From positions 4,280,001 to 4,344,000 of the forward strand of contig CM075990.1 in the NCBI GenBank assembly GCA_038087875.1: a stretch of DNA of 64,000 nucleotides, in the 5' to 3' direction. Under the pieces are notes generated by a model. It did not search any database. It had not been told where the DNA came from and was given only the letters and a program-made list of their open reading frames with translations. Origin of the DNA: Malacoraja senta. Its lineage: Eukaryota. Every line of letters starts with the position of its first letter. Position 1 is the stretch's first letter. The position numbers and the translations under genes were made by a program. Shown here piece after piece: positions 24,628 to 35,966 of this stretch.

Positions 24628-25015
24628 CAAAGATCCTATAGCGGAGTAAGAAGACCACTCCTTCTAAATGCAATGGGCTGACGTGTAGTACGCAACGGAG
24701 CGCAACGTGGGCCTTTTTTCATCCATTTCAGTAACCCGACCCGACTCGCAGTGTAATCAACGTTGCGGGGGAACAGTTTGTGTTAATAAGTTATAATTCT
24801 GAAAATGAGGAGAAGATTTTTCCCAAATAACTTTTATTTTTACGAGGATGTTTCCGTAACCGACTTCCGTCTCCGCACTAGTTATCTTTGGGATCTTTGG
24901 TGCGGAGACGGAAGCCGGTTACGGAAATGGGACCGAAAATTACCCATGAATCTGCTCATGACTGTACTACGTCCTTTTCGTCAAGTGGACTATCTTGCTC
25001 GCTATAGGATCTTTG
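24628..25015. mobile_element. hAT-type MITE (TIR CAAAGATCCTATAGCG)
   Basis: 8-bp TSD GTTTTTTC/GTTTATTC; internal long hairpin. Confidence 0.85.
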
Positions 25016-27780
25016 GTTTATTCTCTGTGTGCAGCCATTTTGAGTTGTCTTGCTGCCAGCATTGAAGTAATGTAATAAAGATCTGTGTTGTACCTTGAAG
25101 ACTCGCAAGTACTTGTGCAGACCTAGAAGACGAACACTAAAGTCAGGTCATCACCGTCGTGTTCTTCCTTCACAAGGAGCTTTTATTCCATTATTTCCAG
25201 AGAAGTGAAACATTTCAAGACTGCCACAGGAAGTTTGCAATCAACAATCAAACCGTTATCAAATGACAATGTTGTCAACCTTACCCACAATGCACTCATC
25301 CACCCCTCCCCCACAGACGATGGAAATCTGAAACAAAATGCTGGAAACACTCAGCAGGACAGGCAGCATCTGTGAAGAGAGAGTTCAGTTCAGTTAAGTT
25401 TATTGTCATGTGTACCAATGTACAGTGAAAAGCTTTAGTTGCGTGCTAACCAGTCGGGGGAAAGAGTACATGATTACAATCGAGCCATCCGCGCAGTGTA
25501 TAGATACATGAAAAGGGGAATAATGTGAATAACACCTGTAAAGTCCAATCAAAGATAGTTTGCAGGTCTTCAATGAGGTAGACAGTAACTCAGGACTGCT
25601 CTCTAGTCGTTGGTAGGATGGTTCGGTTGCCCGATAACAGCTGGGAAGAAAGACACAAAGTATTGGAAACACTCAGCTGGTCAGTCAGCGTCTGTAGAGA
25701 GAGTAATCATGCTCCAGCATCAATGCTAATATTTTCCTGGCTCTTTCTGTTGAGATTGTGATCTGCTGCCAGTTCCATGACCTTTAATGGTCAGTAAACC
25801 AGGCCCAGTGTCAGTGGGTGGTGGTGGGGATGGGGAGACATTCAGCTCTGGGCTGGGTGCTGGGCAGTGCCGGTGCAGAGGCCCTCTGCTGGCTGGCCGC
25901 AGTATTACTGGCACTGTGGTCAACCTCACCTCCACCTGTCCAAGGTGTCCATCTTGGAAGATGCCTCAGAAGACATCAACCCACCAAAGTCTGCCTTTGG
26001 ACCCCTGAAACACTCTGAAGAGGGTTTGATCCAAACGCTTTGATTTGACAAACTGCGATCCATCTTAATGCTTATCTGACATGAAATGTCAGCTCTGTTT
26101 CTCTTCCCACAGGTGCAGCCTGACCTGCGGAGAATGTGCAGCGTTTTCTGCTTATATTTTAGTGTTTCAGCATCTGTGTTTTATTCTGACTTTTCTATGT
26201 TTTACTGATGACAATGCCTTCATTGCAGAGTCCTTTATCTGTGAGGAACCGCACATCTCACAGTGCAGCTCCCCCCCCCCCCCCCCCATAGTCTCCTCCT
26301 GGGTGGCATAAAAACGTGTGGCACAGTGGCGCAGCGGTAAAGTTGTTGCCTCACAGCGCCAGAGACCCAGGTTCAATCTTGACTATGGGTGCTGTCTGTA
26401 CGGAGTTTGTACGTTCTCCCTGTGACCATGTGGGTTTTCTCCGGCTGCTCCGGTTTCCTCCCACATTCCAAAGACGTGCGGGTTTATAGGTTAATTGTCG
26501 TTAGTATAATTGTAAATTGTCTCCAGTGTGTAGGATAGTGTTAGTGTGTGGGGGTCGCTGGTCGGCGCGGACTCGGTGGGCCGAAGGGCCTGTTTCCGCT
26601 CTGTATCTCCAAACTAAACTAGAGTAAAAAAATCCTCCGGCATGTTATTCTAAGCTCTCTGAGTTCCTGACTGAATCTCCCACTGTTGGAGCTAGGCCCT
26701 CTCCGGTCTACGGTCTGGATCAGGGAGTGGGAGTGCCGGGAGTGGGGAATACCTGTAGCTTGCAGCCCGCCTGTGGGATCCGCTTTGCCAAGGTGTAGCT
26801 TTGCTCAGTGTTGTTTCGCCAGCCACATTGAGAATTAACCAGGCATGTTAACGTCCCGGAGATGCTCATACAACAGCAGCTAGGAGCGCTGGCATGCTGA
26901 ACAGTCTCTGTACAAATTTAAAATAATCCTCTTCACAAAACCGAAAGCATCCTGTGGCTTTATGGCCCTTCATCACCAGGAGAGAGATATTCATGTTCAG
27001 AGTTACCAGGCCAGGTTAACAGCTACACTTCCCTAGTCATCGGAACTGGATTGGAAACGTGCATAGGGATATAGGATATAGGAGCAAAATGAGGCCATTT
27101 GGCCCATCGATTCTGCTCCGCCATTCAATCAGGCTGATCTACCTTTCGCTCTCAACCCCATTCTACTGCCTTCTCCCCACAACCTTTGACCCCCTTCCTA
27201 ACACAGAGCCTGTCATTCTCCGATTTAAAAAAATACCCAACGACTTGGCCTCCACAGCCGTCTGTGGCAATGAATTAATTCCACAGATTCACCACCCTCT
27301 GGCTAAAGAAATTCCTCCTCATGTGGGTCAAACGCAGGCAAATGGGGACCGGGGTAAATGGGCATGTTGGTCAGCATGGAGGAGTTGGGCCGAAGGGCCT
27401 GATTCATGCTGTGTGACTCGAGCCAGGCCAGGCCTGTTATGTGTAGGAAGGAACTGCGGATGCTGGTTTAAACCTAAGATAGACACAAAGTACTGGAGTA
27501 ACTCAGTGGGTCAGGAACCTCTCTGGAGAAAAGGGATAGTTGACGTTCCAGGTCTGAAGAAGGGTTTCGGGCCAACGCGTCACCTATTCCTTCTCTCCAG
27601 AGATGCTGCCAGACCTGCTGAGTTCCTCCAGCATTATGTGTCTAGTGTAGAGCGTGTTCGTGTGAGATGCCCAGCCTACGTTGGTGTTGCTGTGGTGTTC
27701 AGCTGGCCCTGGTTCTGGGTGGGTTGTGTGGTTCTCAGGCTGGGCTAACCATGTGCTTTTCCTTCCGCGCTTGTGACCAG

Positions 27781-27945
27781 TCCCATTGAGCATGTGCAGA
27801 CCGCCTGGCCGGCGACCAGCTCCGCCCACCCGGCCCCTCCCCGCGCTCCGGCCGGCCAACCCGCTCTCGCTAACCCCATGATGTCGCCGCCCGCCACTGC
27901 CAATCAGGATGGTGTCGCTGTGTCCGCCTCGCCCGCTCGCCTAAG
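27781..27945 (+). CDS. LDB3: LDB3 alternatively spliced exon (equivalent to human exon 10, STPIEH...), 165 bp, phase 2/2
   Basis: ttccgcgcttgtgaccag|TCCCATTGAGCAT...CGCCTAAG|gtatca; translates SPIEHVQTAWPATSSAHPAPPRAPAGQPALANPMMSPPATANQDGVAVSASPARL. Confidence 0.85.
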
Positions 27946-27960
27946 GTATCAGTTGCTTAA

Positions 27961-28090
27961 TAGAGCTTGGTAGAGCTGGGTAGAGCTTGGTAGAGCATGG
28001 TAGAGCTTGGTAGAGCTGGGTACAGCTTGGTAGAGCTGGGTACAGCTTGGTAGAGCATGGTAGAGCATGGTACAGCTTGGTAGAGCATGG
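27961..28090. repeat. 10-bp tandem repeat (TAGAGCTTGG-type), 13 units
   Basis: Direct reading. Confidence 0.92.
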
Positions 28091-29315
28091 TGGCGCGATT
28101 GCTGGTGTGCATGTCTGCCAATGCGCGGGTCTGCTAACCCCTTGTCTGCTGGGCCAAGGTACCAGAGTTGCTCGCGGTGGGATGGGCCGATGCAACATCT
28201 GTGCAGATGTGGGGTGCCCAGGGTAGTTGGGAAGGGCACGCCCATCGGGGAATGGATCTGCTACACAGCGTTGGCCCACGTTGCCCACTTCCATTTGCCG
28301 AGGTAGAGTGGTGTACATGGAGTCATTGGAGGGGAGCGTTCCATCTCCTAGGCCCTACACTCATCCCTGGAACACCTGGATAATAGAGACACCTATGCCA
28401 GGTGGGGGCAAGACAAAGCCTAACATGGACATGGGAGTGTGGTGCAGGTGTGGAGTTGCTGCCTCACAGCGCCAGAGACCCTGGTCCGATCCTGACTACG
28501 GGTGCTGTCTGTAAGGAGTTTGTACGTTCTCCCCGTGACCACGTGGGTTTTCGCCGGGTGCTCCGGCTTCCTCCCGCTCTCCAAAGACGTGCAGGTTTGT
28601 AGGTTAATTGGCTTCGGTAAAATTGCGGAGGAATTGCAAGATGCTGGTTTACCAACTAAAGGACACAAAGTGCTGGAATAACTCAGCAGGTCAGGCAGCA
28701 TCTCTGAGGAACATGGATAGGCGACATTTCAGGTCGGGACCCTTCTTCAGACTGATTGCAGTGGGAGAGGGGTGTGAAGAAAGGTGGAAGAGGGGAGAGG
28801 CAGGACAAAGCCTGGCAGGTAATAGGTGAACACATGTGAGGAGGGGGGGGGGGGTTCGATAGGTAGCTGGTTGGCGTCGGGTTATTTTGGGGATGCCTTG
28901 TGTCTGCCCCACTGCATAATCCTGGGGAAAGATGAATGAATAAGTTTATTGGCCAAGCATGTACACATACAAGGAATTAGCCTTGGTGCTCTGCCCACAA
29001 GTAACAACACGACATACAGTAACAATTAAGAATGACACATAAAACATTAAACATTAAGAATAAAACATTATAGTTTAAACATGTGAATGAAATAAAATAC
29101 CAGAGCAAAAGGAGGCTACAGACTTTTGGTTATTGAGTAGAGCTACTAATATGCTGTGTTTTGGTTAAATATCCTGACTCTTTCTCCCCAAAGATCTCCC
29201 TCTGTTTATTTTCTCTTCTGCAGCTCGCACTGATAGTTTATAATACTTGGCTTTGCTTGAGCAACCCAGAACTAATCCTTCTGCCTCTTCTCACTTTATC
29301 TTTCATTTGTTTCAG

Positions 29316-29450
29316 CTGTGTATCCGTTCCTGCCCTCCCTTCCCCAGTTATCCCTGCCTCCGATATTCCCAGCTGCACCTTCTCTTCCAATTCCCCCTCC
29401 TCTCTTTCAGCAACCGTTTTATCTCAGTTCGTGGTCTCCCCAACCGCACG
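29316..29450 (+). CDS. Candidate extra Ser/Pro-rich LDB3 cassette exon, 135 bp, phase 2/2
   Basis: tttcatttgtttcag|CTGTGTATCC...CCGCACG|gtatgc; open frame CVSVPALPSPVIPASDIPSCTFSSNSPSSLSATVLSQFVVSPTA; ACTAAT upstream. Confidence 0.5.
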
Positions 29451-30469
29451 GTATGCAAATTCTTCACGTACTGTACTTAACCCTGCCTTTGGTCTTCACA
29501 GCTTCAGTGGAAACGGCACACTCTCTCCCCCTCTCTTCTCCGTCCTAATGTTACTCAATGGGAACCAATTGGTCCTAATGGATTTTGTTGATGCTGTTAA
29601 TCCTTTGATGCTCCACTTTATCCGATTGTCAGCATCTTACCGGCTTACGGGCAAAGCTGGCAGTGCAATTATGTCTCGAGCAAGCGTAATCTCTGTAATA
29701 ACTCTGCAATTATGTTGTTGACTATGGGGGAGTTGATGGGAGAATGAGATGGGATTAGTGTAGGGTTAATGGATGTGGCTGCTGGATGGCTGGCACAGAC
29801 TTGGCAAAGAAAACCATCTTCTCGCGTGGCGACATGGCAGCGCTGCTGGTAGAGCCGCTGCCTCACAGCTCCAGAGACCAGGGTTCAATCCCCGCCTCGG
29901 GCGCTGTCTGGGTGGAGTTTGCACGTTATCCCTGTATCCCAGAGACGTTGGAGAACGTCTTGCCCGGCCTTTCTAAACTGCACCATTCCCAATTCAATGA
30001 AGTGCTCTGCTCAAACCCAGTAATAAGTAGGAAGGAACTGCAGATGCTGCTTTACACCATAGATAGACACAAAATGCTGGAGGCATGTTGTCACAGGCAG
30101 CATCTCTGGAGAAAAGGAACAGGTGGCATTTTGGGCCAGGACCCTTCTTCAGACTCTCGAACTGTAGAGTCTAAGAAGTGTCTCGACTCGAAACATCACC
30201 TGTTGCATTTCTCCATAGATGCTGCCTGACCCGCTGAGTAACTCCACCTTTTGTGTCTATTCTGTTGTATGTAGTTGGTTACAAGGACATGCAGCAAAAA
30301 CAGAAGTCTTAACTGGTGGTGGGGTGGAAGCTGGGAGCTCACCAACACCAGCTGGTCCCTCGGAAGATGCAGGGTGAGTGGAGTGGTGGTGCCACACAGA
30401 CCAGGGTAGGTCTGCTCTGACCGTCTGTCCGTGCTGGGTTAGCGACCTTGGTTGTGGTAGCTGCTAGTG

Positions 30470-31080
30470 CGCAACATCTGGCGAGGCACTGGGGAGCAAC
30501 ATCTGCTCAGCAATCCTGGGCTGGTCACTGGCTTACATCAGCTGGTTAGTACCTCTGGGCCAGTCTGCCGTGCAACATCTGGGGAGCACCCATTGGTGAG
30601 TCCCTGGGGTACAACTTCTGTTGGGCACCCATGGGTGAGTTACGATGCCACATCTGGGGAGCACCCATTGCGGGGCAACCCCTTGTTGAGTCACTAGAGT
30701 GCAACATCTGGGGAACACCATCTGGTAATCACTATTGATCAATCACTGGGGTACAACATCTGTGGAGCATCCATTGGTGAGTCCCTGAGGTACCACATCT
30801 GGTGGGCACCTGTAGGTGAGTCCCTGGGGTTCAAGATCTGTAGAGCACCCATTGGTAAGTCATGGTGATACAACATCTGGTTGGCACTCATTGATACGTC
30901 ACAGGTATATCTGCAACCACCCATTGGCGAGTCCCTGGAGTAGAACATCTGGTGAGCTCCCATTGGTGAGTTGTGGGGTTGCAACATCTGGGGAGCACCC
31001 CTCAGAGAGTCATGGGGTACAACATCTGGTGGGCACCCATTGGTGAGCCCCTGGGGCACAATATCTGGTGGGCACCACCG
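30470..31080. repeat. Degenerate ~39-bp minisatellite (CAACATCTGGGGAGCACCCATTGGTGAGTCCCTGGGGTA)
   Basis: Recurring units. Confidence 0.8.
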
Positions 31081-31393
31081 TATGGACAAGCAGAACTATC
31101 AGAGCCGGGACCTCTGCTGGCTGTGAGATTGGGTTGACATCATCCTTGACCAAACGCCATGGCATCCCTCATAGTCTGGGTTCATCGGTAAGGAGAGGCT
31201 TCTCAAGCTTAGGCCGGGGTGTCACCAACGCCAGCAAACGTCAGCAGAGAACTGACCCGAACTGGTGAAATTAACCCGATCATCTCCTATATATCGGCAA
31301 GACCGAGCGCAGACTGGGCAATCATTTCTGCTGAACATCTCCATCCAGTCTGCCTTAGCCTATGTGATCTCCTGGTTGCTAAACACTTTAACT

Positions 31394-31625
31394 CAAGGAT
31401 TCCCAACCTGGGGGGTAAATTTCGTCTACCCAGGGGGGTCAATTTCACCTACCCAGGGGGTGAATTTGTTGATTCTGGATTTGTACATATTTTTTCTCAT
31501 TGACTGACTGTGTTTGGTTCCGGTATCTGTTCATCATTAGTTGTTCAAAAATAAGTGAAATAACATTGTTATGTGCTATTAAAGTTGCCAGGGGTGAACG
31601 GGACGAAAAAGGTTGGGAACCCCTG
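31394..31625. mobile_element. hAT (Charlie-like) MITE
   Basis: TIR CAAGGATTCCCAACCT / AGGTTGGGAACCCCTG; 8-bp TSD CTTTAACT. Confidence 0.8.
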
Positions 31626-31635
31626 CTTTAACTCT

Positions 31636-32030
31636 CATAGAAACATAGAAAATAGGTGCAGGAGGAAGCCCTTCGGCCCTTCGAGCCAGCACCGCCATTC
31701 ATTGTGATCATGGCTGATCGTCCCCTATCAATAACCCGTGCCTGCCTTCTCCCCATATCCCTTGACTCCACTAGCCCCTAGAGCTCTATCTAACTCTCTC
31801 TTAAATCCATCCAGTGATTTGGCCTCCACTGCCCTCTGTGGCAGGGAATTCCATAAATTCACAACTCTCTGGGTGAAAAAGTTTGTTCTCACTTCTGTCT
31901 TAAATGACCTCCCCTTTATTCTAAGACTGTGGCCCCTGGTTCTGGACTCGCCCAACATTGGGAACATTTTTCCTGCATCTAGCTTGTCCAGTCCTTTTAT
32001 AATTGTATATGTTTCTATAAGATCCCCCAT
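31636..32030 (-). mobile_element. CR1 LINE 3' fragment nested in a Penelope fragment
   Basis: GDLIETYTIIKGLDKLDAGKMFPMLGESRTRGHSLRIKG...KAGTGY. Confidence 0.88.
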
Positions 32031-33283
32031 CTATAAGATCATCCCTCCCATTCCCACATTGACCTTTCTGTTCTGGGCCTCCTCCACTGTCAGAGTGAAG
32101 CCAAATGCAAAATGGAGGAACAGCACCTCATATTTCACTTGGGCAGCTCACACCCCAGCAGTATGAATGTTGGTTTCTCTAACTTAAAGTAAACCTTGCT
32201 TTCCCTCTGTCTCCATCCCTCCCCCACCCTAGTCACCGTACTAGCTTCAGTGTCTATGACCATTGTCAGCTCCACCTCCCTCGATCATGATTACATTTTG
32301 CATATCTTTCATTCATTTGTTCCACATCTCTCTATATCACCGTCTGTATCTCTCGTTTCCCTCTCCCCTGACCCTCAGTCTGAAGAAGGGCCTCGACCCG
32401 AAACGCCACCTATTCCTTCCCACTGGAGGTGCTGCCTGACCCGCTGAGTTACTGCAGCTCTTTGATTTTATCTTCTGTAGTCTTTGTAATACATGTGTTC
32501 TCTAATGTTCTTCTCGGAGTAGATCCGATGTCAAGCCACCCAAACCAAGGACTGCTTTAGAGGCGATTTGCATCACTCCTCTTTTCAACGCGTCCTATTT
32601 GCCCCAACGAACCCGACCTAGTACCATTCCCCTGGGAAAGGCCAAGATGAGGTACCATAACTCAGTGGAAACTAATCCAGCAAAGGGCCACATGTGCAGA
32701 GCATATACGGATAAACATGGATTAATAACTGGACAACAAGCCCTAGCAATAGTTGAACTGTTCATCCTGACTTCTGTCCGGAATGAATATTAGCGTGTGC
32801 TAAGACATTACTTGGTGTGTTGCAGATATATTGCAGTTTCTCAGGCAGAAGATGCACCTGTTCCTCTGTCTCTCCAGTCTTAGTTTAGTTTACAGGTACA
32901 GTGCGGAAACGGGTCCTTCAGTCCACCGAGTCCGCGCTGACCAGTGATCCCCATTCACTAGCACACTCCTACACACTAGGAACAATTTACAATTCTTACC
33001 AAAGCCAATTAACCTACACATGTGTTTGGAGTGTGGGAGGAAACCGGAAGGAATCAGCAGTAGTCAGGATCGAACCCGGGTCTCTGGTGCTGTTAGGCAG
33101 CAACTCTACCACTGTGCCATCATGCCGCCCAGTACAACACTGTTCCCACCTGCTGTCTCCAAGTGAGCTATGTTCTAATAGTTCAGAGCTGGCCTCTGAG
33201 CCAAGAGTTTGTGGATTCCAGTCCCATCCCGAGAGAACTGAGCACAAAATCCTGGCTGATCCACAAGTCCAGTACCAAAGTGT

Positions 33284-33470
33284 TTAAGAAGGAACTGCAG
33301 ATGCTGGAAAATCGAAGGTAGACAAAAGTGCTGGAGAAACTCAGCAGGTGCAGCAGCATCTATGGAGCGAAGGAAATAGGCAACGTTTCGGGTCGAAACG
33401 TTGCCTATTTCCTTCGCTCCATAGATGCTGCTGCACCCGCTGAGTTTCTCCAGCACTTTTGTCTACCTTC
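33284..33470. repeat. Fold-back Penelope-pLTR-derived element
   Basis: About 75-bp near-perfect inverted arms at 33314-33470; flanking repeat CAGTACCAAAGTGT. Confidence 0.8.
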
Positions 33471-35606
33471 AGTACCAAAGTGTGTTGTTGCAAGAGAGGT
33501 GGAACTTAGCTCACATCTGCCCTCTAGAGGCCATCAACGATCCCAAGACACCACTGAGCTAGTTGTTAGACTTTAGTCATAGAGTGATACAGCATGGAAT
33601 CAGGCCCTTCAGCCCAACTTGCCCACACCAGCCAACATGTCCCATCTATACTAGTCCCACCTGCCTGATTTTGGCCCATAGCCTTCTAAACCTATCCTAT
33701 CCATGTACCTGTCTAAATGTTTCTTAAACAGGTGATAGTCCCTGCCTTCCTACGTCAGCTAGTTCCATAATCCCACCACTTTTTGTATGAAAAAATTACT
33801 CCTCAGGTTCCGATTTTAGTCTTTAGACTCTAGAGATACAGCGGAGAGAAAGGCTCTTCAGCCCACCGAGTCCGTACCGACCATTGATCACCCCGTACAC
33901 TAGCACTATCCTACACACTAGGAACAATTTACAAATTTACTAAAGCCAATTAACCTACAAACCCGCACGTCTTTGGAGCGTGGGAGGAAACCGGAGCTCC
34001 TGGAGAAAACCCACGCAGGTCACGGGGAGAACGTACATGCCCCGTACAGACAAGCGCCTGTAGTCAGGATCGAACCCGGGTCTCTGGTGCTGTAAGGCAC
34101 CAACTCTCCCACTGTACCACCCGTTGTCCTCCATATCTTGGCCCAATAGTTAACCCACAGGCAACACCGTAATACTAGCGATCTGCCCCATAGCTCACTT
34201 TTTGTTGGAAGTCGGCGAGCTTTATACACACACGAGTGGCTGCACAGTTGCTGGAAAGATGACGTGGCATCTCCTGAGTTTGCAGAAGGCGCCAAAGAAA
34301 AGCAGTGTTGAGATGTGAGAGGGCAGAGTGGGATAAGTGGTCCTTTCATTCTTCCTGTGCTGTGAGGAGCCTGCACGACCCCCCCCCCCCCTCCTTTCAT
34401 GAGCGTGGTGTTTAGGGGTGGTGGTGGAGGGAGAGATACTGGGGCCTTACAGGGACTGCACTCAGTCACCTGATGGTCAGACACCCCTTGCTCTTGCTCA
34501 CCACGAGCAGGCTCTCTGGGTTTGGAACTGGGACGTTGGCCTCGCAGCAGGTAGTGCTGCTGCCTCGCAGCGCCAGTGACTCAGGGTCAATCCCAAATGA
34601 CATGAAGTCAGAAGCGCTCAGCTGCGAAGTGTTCAGTGAGTTATATCTGCAACACCAGACGGTTGTAAATAACACATTTATTACGATAGGATAAAACGTT
34701 ATTCATCCCTGGAGGGAAATTTGTCTGCCAACAGTCATAACACACAATAAGGTACATGAAAACTTGAAATTAAAATTAAATTAAAAGTGAATTGAGCAAT
34801 ATCTGACCTGGGGTGATAATGTTAATAGGTTTTTTAGAATGAATCTTTGCTTGGAGTTGGGTCTGCCACGGTAAACATTCCATGTATACCCTTCCCATGT
34901 GGACAGCATGAAGAAAGCTTATGCCTCCCCCACCCTCTTCACCTCACTCATGCCTAATATGCAGCTGTGACGCCCAGTTACCAACTAGCTTCACTTCTTC
35001 CACTGTGTGTGTGGGGTTTCTCTGGGCTTTGTTTCAACGCGATGACAATTTATAAAGAATTTAAAAAATAATAATAATCGCACTTTTCTTAATCGCCGAT
35101 TGCACTAATAAATGTGGAATCTGCTTTTACTGCAACTGATGAATCTCCAGGGAGTGGTGAAGCAGTCTCTCTGAGCGCTACTTTCAATAGGCAGTCAGAT
35201 GCTCACCTTTCCCCATGTTCTTTCTCCAATATCATGTTTCTCATTATTAAGGTAGAATTTCCAGGTCTGTGCTTGAATCTAAGCCCAATGCAAGACCATC
35301 TCTTCCGGGGGTTGGCATTGTGTTGGGCCACCTCTGGGACAGAGTTCCCTGTCAGAAGAGTAGACACAATGTGTAGGAAGGAACTGCAGATGCTGGTTTT
35401 AACCCAAGATAGACTGGAGTAACTCAGCGGGACAGGCCCGAAAAAGTCACCCATTCCTTCTCTCCAGAGATGCTGCCTGTCCCGCTGGGTTACTCCAGCT
35501 TTTTGTGTCTGTCTTCTTTTTAGAAGAGTAGACACTTTGCTTTGACCAGGGTAGTGGGCATTTCCAGTTAGGGTCAGTTAGGGTGGTTGACATGGTCAGA
35601 GAGATA

Positions 35607-35966
35607 CAGCTTCACCACCGATTTTCCAGCAACTGGTGGTCCGGCCCCACTTTAATCCAGACACAATCTAGCCCACCCCCCCCCCCCCCCCCGAAAATGT
35701 GCCACCTAAACCGGGTGAGGCGGCCGGTCTAGACCTCGTTGGGACTTCCGCGGCCGATCGGCCGGTCAAATTTACCGCAGGGTTCTGGAAATCCGGCGGG
35801 GCCGGAGCCGGCAGCTCCGTTCCCATTGCCGACTTCCGGGGCTGACTTTGCGGGTCAGTATCTCGGCCCCCCGAGGCCGTGACCTCTGTTGGTCTGGCAA
35901 AACGGAGAATCCACAAAGGCTGTGGAACCAAGCACACCAAGAACTGGAGAATCAGTGGTGGACCTG
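35607..35966. mobile_element. Possible Tc1/mariner-Tigger-like MITE
   Basis: Imperfect TIR CAGCTTCACCACCGATTTTCCAG / CTGGAGAATCAGTGGTGGACCTG; TA on the left. Confidence 0.5.

Larger units (their letters stand above)
31285..32480 (+). mobile_element. Penelope-like element 3' fragment (GIY-YIG endonuclease C-terminus plus pLTR), interrupted by a hAT MITE and a CR1
   Basis: LLYIGKTERRLG..AEHL..LLVAKHFN / PSHSHIDLSVLGLLHCQSEAKCKMEEQHLIFHLGSSHP, then CTGAAGAAGGGCCTCGACCCGAAAC at 32380. Confidence 0.8.

Noticed and set aside
35564..35586. Two TTAGGG hexamers
   Set aside because: Too short to be an interstitial telomeric array.
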